Shown here piece after piece: positions 57,462 through 64,000 of a DNA stretch of 64,000 nucleotides; within the stretch, counting starts at the first letter, position 1, and each line of letters starts with the position of its first letter. The notes under the pieces were generated by a model. That model was not told the origin of the DNA. It searched no databases and saw nothing but the letters and a program-made list of their open reading frames with translations. The DNA lies in assembly GCA_963693365.1 (NCBI GenBank), contig CAVNZM010000001.1, forward strand, positions 761,245-825,244, in the 5' to 3' direction. The position numbers were made by a program, and so were the translations under genes. This DNA is from Amoebidium appalachense (Eukaryota > Protista > Ichthyosporea).

Positions 57462-59764
57462 ACAAAGAGGGAAAGCAGACACGAATACAAACAAGCTAGG
57501 ACACATACATACTTCAAGGCTCTTGCTGTCATACATGGTGACGTATTCCAACATCCCCACTCAAGGGGTTGAAGTTTGTGTTCTCGTGTCTGTTGATGTG
57601 ACGGTAGATGAGGTCCAAACACAGGAGGGCCCGTCACACTCAAGTTTCCCCACTCGAGGATGCAAACCGAAGATCCTTGAGGTGGGAAGGAGAAAATCAA
57701 AACTGAAGAGGCACACAACGACGGTTGCCTCTGAAGACTCGGAACAATAAATCATGGTGGTTATCAGCGATATATATATATATATAGGAAACACTAGTGT
57801 ATGTGTGACGTGTTGGTGGCTAATGGTTTATACTGGGGACCACCCAGGTAAACACAAGACATGAACATCTTGTGGACTGATTTATAGACTGGTGGTCAAC
57901 CAGTTAAGACACGGGGAAGGTGCATCCCGTGGACTAGGTTTAGACTGGCAGTCAACCAGCACGTCATGGCTATAGATAATTATTTATACTGGGACGCCAT
58001 CCCAGTTCGACATATATATAAGTCGAATATAGAAGAAAACCAATATATATGGTGGGATATGAATATAAATAAACGACGGATGGTGGAGAATAATCCCCAC
58101 TGAAGATGCACACATATGACGATGGAAGACTGAGTCCCCACTGATGAAGAGAAACGATGAGGAGTAGTAGACTTTCGTTGGGAGGCATCTTGATCACCGT
58201 AGGTGTGTCAACTGCTGTCCAGGGCCCCAACCTACTCAGAAACCACTCGATGATGAACACCAGTGCATGGGTCAGTCACGGAGACTGAGGTTGGCACGGT
58301 GTGTGTCGTGGGCCGGACCAGCCAGAGGCTTGGTGAAGATGTCGGCCAGGTTCTTCTTGGTGTCGATGTAGGTGACAGTGACGTCCCCACTGTTGATGTA
58401 GTCCTTGGTGTTGAAGTAACGAACGGCAATGTGCTTGGTCCGGTGCTTGATGGTGTTGGAGTGGACCAGAGCAATGGTGGACTGATTGTCACAGTACACG
58501 GGGGTGGGCTCGGTCATGGGGTAGCCCAGCTCCTTTAGTAGATCACGGTGCCAGACAACATCTTGCACGGCAGCATTGAGGGCCAGGAGCTCGGCCTCAC
58601 AGGTGGAAGTTGCAGTGATCGTCTGCAGCTTGGAGTGGTAGGTGACGGGGGAGCCTTCGAGGAGGATGACGTACCCAGACGTGGAACGACGGGTGGTGGG
58701 GCAACCAGCAAAGTCAGAATCCGAGTAGCACTCAAGGATGGGCACCTTGCTGTTGGGGGCCTTCTTCTTGTAGTAGAGGCCGAGGTTGATGGTGCCGAGC
58801 AGGTAACGAACGACACGGAGGAGAAGCTCCCAGGCAGTCTTGGTGGGCTTGGAGCTGAATCGGCCGAGGTAGCCAATGGCATACGAGATGTCAGGGCCGG
58901 GAGCACCGAGCAACCCACAGCAGACGGCCGAGGAGTTCACGGTAGGGGACGGTGGTGGGCAGGGATGAGAGGGAGGTCTCGTTGATGATGGTGCCCACGG
59001 GAATAGGGGTGGCCTTAGGCTTGGCATCGACCAGGTTGAAGTCGGTGACGATGTCCTTGATGTAGGAGGACTGCAGCAGCTTGAGGGAGTCACGGGTGTA
59101 CAGCAGTTGGGTGCCGAGGAAGATGTCTGGCAGACCGACCTTGCACTCGGCAGACTTCGTGATGTGACGAACAAGCCCCTGCATGATGGTGGAGTTCCGT
59201 GTGCAGGTGATGATGGCATCATCAACGTAGTTGCCCGAACGGATGATGTGCCCGTTGGGGAACTGACAGAAGTAGACACACGGATCGGAACGGAGACGGG
59301 TGAGGCCGTGGGCAATGAGAATGGAGTTGAAGAACTCGTACCATGCCAGGGATGCCTGCTTGAGTCCGTAGATGGCCTTCTTGAGTTTCCAGACTTTGTG
59401 TTCATTGCCAGGGAGGATAAAACCAGGAGGTTGCTCCATGTACAAAGTCTCGTCGAGGGGGCTGTTGAGGAAGGCCGTGCTGATGTCGAGTTGATGGATC
59501 TCGTGGTCCTGTTGCACACCGAGGGCAAGCAGGGCACGGACGGAGGAGGACATGACGACGGGGGAAGAGTTTTCACCGTAGTCAACACCGTAGACTTGGG
59601 TGAAACCCTTGGCCACACCACGACCCTTGATCTTGGTGTCACCAGCAGAGTTGAGGACCTTCTCCGTGACAATCCACTTGAATCGGATGATGTTGGCATC
59701 GGAGGGGGGGCTCAACTACGTCGAAGATGTCCTTGTCGATGAAAGCCTTGTACTCGGCAGTGAG
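56690..59764 (-). mobile_element. 5'-truncated second-family Copia: RT-RH (58272-59764, frameshifted), 3' UTR, PPT and 3' LTR type D (56690-57553)
   Basis: GAGTGGGGA|TGTTGGAATACG...TGACA; RT and RH motifs. Confidence 0.9.
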
Positions 59765-60861
59765 TGTTATCTTGTGTGGGTAAACGGAGAAGCAGAGAGC
59801 ACAGATGGGTGTTATACACAACACAGAGACACACGGGAAAAACACAACCGGAGAGGTGGAACGATTTCTGGAACCATAGAAATGAATACGACTGCTTGAG
59901 ATTTATTCCAAGATGAAGTCCCTTTTATACTTGGGAATGTGAAAACGATAAACTTCTAATAAAACACGGAAACATTTAACAAAATGAAACCACTTATGTA
60001 ACTATTAATTCATAACATACATTTATACATGTTCTTATCATAACACGTCTAAATATAATTATTCCTAATAGTTGGAGAACATAGCACAATGCTACGTCGT
60101 GAGAAAGGAATGAGAAAGGAATGTAAGTTACTATATTTGGGAAAATACAAACGAGATATGATTGGATGACATATATAGATTTTGACACAAACGACAATAC
60201 GTGTGCGCGAGCTAAGTATGTCGATACGTACACAGATCTAAGATGTCGTGTATACGGAAACAGAAAGGAAAGAAAGAAATGAAGAAAGGAAAAGGAAACA
60301 AACTACAACAACTAATAAATAAATACAAAACTCAACTTCTAAGTCTTGCTGAGAATCCAGTGAAGATGACATCCCCACTCAAGGGTTGGAAGTTGGGTTC
60401 TCGTGAAGTTTGTTGATGTGACTGTTGATGTTAAGACTCTCACACATGTAGAAGCAGGTGCCGTGAAGTCACAGTCAAGTTTCCCCACTCGAGAAGACAA
60501 TTGGAGAAGACTTGAAGGTGCAAGCCGGGGAAGAAAACCAAAACGGAAGAAGCACACAACGACGGTTGCCTCTGAAGACTCGGAACATGACGGTAGCCAA
60601 TGACGATATATAAATATATATAGAAGAAAACAACTAGTGTATGTTTGACGTGTTGGTGGCTAATGATTTATACATTATATATATGATGGTATATAAATAA
60701 ACGACGGATGGTGGAGAAGAAATCCCCACTGAAGATGCACACACTGAAGATCGATGAAGACAGCAGTAGACTTTCGTTGGGAGGTGTCTCTACACGGTGT
60801 CTACACGGTGATGTGTAGACCACTGGCCAGTGCCCCAACCTACTTGAAGACCACTGTAGAT

Positions 60862-60902
<41 letters not shown>

Positions 60903-62506
60903 CTCAGTCATGAAGACTGAGTGAATCACGGTGCTGCTCGTGGGAGGGCCCGGGCAGGGGCTTGGTGAAGATGTCAGCCACGTTGTCTTTGGTGGACACG
61001 TAGGTGACGACCACATCCCCCACTCTTGATGTAGTCCTTCGTGTTGTGGTACCGGACTGCAATGTGTTTGGTCCGGTGCTTGATGCTGTTGGTGTGCAGG
61101 AGGGTAATGGTGGACTGGTTGTCACAGTAGACGGGGGTGGGGTCGGTCATCGGGTAGCCGAGTTCACGGAGGAGATCACGGTGCCAGATGACGTTTTGAA
61201 CAGCAGCATTGATGGCCAGAAGCTCAGCCTCGGTGGTGGATGTTGCCGTAATGGACTGTAGCTTCGAATACCATGTGATGGGTATGCCCTTGAAGAAGAT
61301 GACGTATCCGGTGGTTGAACGACGGGTGTTGGGGCAGTTGGCAAAGTCAGCATCAGAATAACACTCCAGCAAGGGGGTGTTGTCGTCGCAAGCAGACTTG
61401 TCGTAGTGAAGGCCGAGGTTGGAAGTGCCGATGAGGTACCGAACTACACGGAGTAGACATTCCCATGCAAGTTTGGTGGGGTTGGCACTGAATCTACCGA
61501 GGTAGCCGATGGCAAAGGAGATGTCGGGCCGGGAACAACGAGCAACCCACAAAAGACGGCCGAGTAGTTCACGGTAGGGAACCTTGATGGGTGGTGAGTC
61601 GTTCTCGTTGATGGTGATGACGGTGCCGACGGGAATGGGAGTAGCCTTGGGGTGAGCATCGTTGAGGTTGAAGTCTCTGACGATGTCGTTGATGTAGGAT
61701 TGTTGAAGCAGCTTGAGGTGACCGGGGTTGTGAATGAGCTGGGTGCCAAGGAAGATGTCGGGGAGGTCAACCTTGCAGAGAGCTGACTTCATGAGGTGTC
61801 ATGTAAAACAGGACTAACACATTAATGAGAGGGCAATCGGAGTTGTTCACTAGACATTGAAAGATTTCAAACAACAACTGATTCTTTATTGTGCTCTCGG
61901 TTCCTTTTGTACTTGCGACTTATCACCTTATCACAACTAAAGAGGGAGAACCAATCGGTTCTATCAGAAGATAGAAAAACACATTCCGACAGAGCATACG
62001 CATTCCAACTTCCGATTAAACTAAAGTTTAGAAACTCTTACTTAAATAAATTAAGTAATTATACATCTAGTCACTATTAACTCACATATATATTTTTGTT
62101 CGTCTCTATAAAGAAACTTATTTAAATACATATATTTCCCAATAGTCGACACTCTCAAAGTGAAGACACTTTGCAATAAACCGAATTCCATATATATCTA
62201 TTGTCCAATCACAACACACATATATTAATAGACTGGAATGCACAACACAATCTACAGATGTACTCGCTCGCGACTATTGGCGAGCCATCCTTTTGAGAAC
62301 AAAACTAAGCCATTTTTGAAATAAAGGAAAGACAACGAGTGAGGCTAGCCAATCACGCTACCTCTCAGATAAACAGAGGAGAGCAAACAGAAATAAAATA
62401 CAATAAGTTCTTATCAGGCAAGAGAGCCAGGTGTGCACAGATCTACAGATATCTGTGCCCACAGAAACAAGGGGAGAGAGAGATACGGGGGGGGGGGGGG
62501 GGGGGG

Positions 62507-62548
<42 letters not shown>

Positions 62549-62702
62549 ACAAAGAAGGAAAGCAGACACGAATACAAACAAGCTAGGACACATACATACT
62601 TCAAGGCTCTTGCTGTCATACATGGTGACGTATTCCAACACCGAGTCACGTTGATGATGTAGGCAGCATGCTTGAGAGCAGCTCCCCACAGCTTGGGGGA
62701 AA
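59765..62702 (-). mobile_element. Third-family Copia remnant: 3' LTR type C (59765-60371), 3' UTR, RT-RH (60904-61796) and integrase scrap (62641-62702)
   Basis: YRELLGRLLW, YSDADFAN, NVADIFTKPLPGP; PKLWGAALKHAAYIINVT. Confidence 0.85.
61797..62640 (-). mobile_element. Complete LTR type D with non-matching flanks
   Basis: Homologous to 56690-57553; flanks are TGAGG and CCGAG. Confidence 0.88.
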
Positions 62703-63614
62703 TGTTATTTTGTGTGTTTTAACGGAGAAGCAGAGTGCACAGATGGGTGTTATGATATACACAACACACGGACATCTGGGAGAAACACAACCGGAGAGGT
62801 GGAACGATTTCTGGGACCATATGAAATGATTTGAACTGCTTGATTTTTATTTCAAGTTTTATACTCGGGAATGTGAAATCGACAAATGCTAAGCCAATCA
62901 AAAGAACGTTTCCTTTTCCCTTTTCCTTTCTTCCTTTCTTTCTTTCCTTTCCGTTTCCGTGTGCACAGATATCTTTGATCTGTGTACACATCGAGCCATT
63001 TGGCCCGCGCACATGTAATGTTGTTTGCGTTCATGTCTAAATACGTTGTCCAATCAGCTCCCGTTTAATTTTCCCATATATAGAAACCTACATTCCTCCT
63101 TCATTCTACTCGATTCCTTTCCCATTCCATTCCTTTTCTGTCCTCATTCCTTTTCCTTCTTTTCCCACGACGTAGAATTGCTCCATGCTCCCCAGCTATT
63201 AGGAATACTTATATTTAGACGTGTTATGTTAAGAACATGTATAAATATATGATGTGAACTAATAGATACATAAGTGGTTTCATTTTATTAAATGTGCCGT
63301 ACTTTCATTAGAAGATTGCGATTTATCTTCTATGTGTCGACAGGCATTTCGATCGATTTATTTTACCCTCATAGTTTTCGTCTTTCTGATTGGATAAAAG
63401 AGTTTTCGTTCTCTTGATTGGCTTATCGATTTCACATTCCCGAGTATAAAAGGAATGTCATCTTGAAATAAATATCAAGCAGTTGAAATCATTTCCTATG
63501 GTCCCAGAAATCGTTCCACCTCTCCGGTTGTGTTTCTCCCGTGTGTCTCTGTGTTGTGCCAACATAACACCCATCTGTGCTCTCTGCTTCTCCGTTTACC
63601 CACACAAAACAACA
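62703..63614. mobile_element. Two type C LTR pieces fused back to back: minus-strand 3' end (62703-~62905) and plus-strand 5'-truncated LTR (~62906-63614)
   Basis: 62703-62905 is a diverged inverted copy of ~63410-63614; a PBS follows at 63615. Confidence 0.8.
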
Positions 63615-63690
63615 GGTTTACGGCCCATTTGCACACTAACACACAATCTCGTTACAACCGCGAAATGCCTCCGTACATACTGCTTCAACC

Positions 63691-64000
63691 ATGACTGACA
63701 AACCGTCGTACATCAACCTTCCACAATGGAATCCGTCCGAGAAGAAGGATGATAAGCGTCTCAACTATTTCGAATGGGAGCCACTCATCCACCGTTTCAT
63801 AAGAACCACCATTGCCGAGAAATTCGTTGACGCCATCAAGGCACCACAGTGGGTTGACGGCTCCGACGACAACCAGTGGCTAGGCCACGGCACCAAGGAC
63901 GCCTACAAGAAAGCTTCCGACGTCCTCGACCAAATTCTCAACCAGTCTGTTCATCCTACAGAACTCTACGACTCCGGCCGCATGCAAGACGGTGTTCACG
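63691..64000 (+). CDS. gag: Copia Gag N-terminus (partial, runs off the window)
   Basis: MTDKPSYINLPQWNP..NYFEWE..LGHGTKDAYKKA..ILNQSVHP aligns by eye with family A Gag (ITMWKG..TYFQWE..YGYGTTAELKEA..MIQNIDP); follows an LTR and PBS. Confidence 0.8.
   Translation, partial: MTDKPSYINLPQWNPSEKKDDKRLNYFEWEPLIHRFIRTTIAEKFVDAIKAPQWVDGSDDNQWLGHGTKDAYKKASDVLDQILNQSVHPTELYDSGRMQDGVH

Noticed and set aside
63611-63630. tRNA-Sec or tRNA-Tyr primed PBS
   Set aside because: The match is short and partly uses LTR bases; similarity to the family A half-tRNA-iMet site explains it better.

Overview
A eukaryotic nuclear, transposon-dense window. It opens with a divergent mitochondrial-type LSU rRNA fragment (probable NUMT). 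It holds many nested Ty1/Copia elements: three near-complete copies of one family with 5-bp TSDs, plus fragments and solo LTRs of three LTR types (here called A, C and D). Also present are two deleted Ngaro/PAT-type tyrosine-recombinase retroelements with split direct repeats, a non-autonomous Gypsy-like element, a non-LTR RT element split by a Copia insertion, two intron-containing host genes (a GT31-like glycosyltransferase with a duplicated domain, and an unknown type II membrane protein) and many microsatellites. Two signals stand out. (1) The non-coding flank of the rRNA recurs in diverged form 36 kb away, each time fused in the same orientation to a Copia RNase H 3' end. (2) The GC-rich, CpG-rich Copia pol sequences almost entirely lack CGC/GCG. 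Both fit an Amoebidium-like ichthyosporean host, but that assignment is inference. All alignments and counts were done by eye, and long G/C homopolymers look error-prone.
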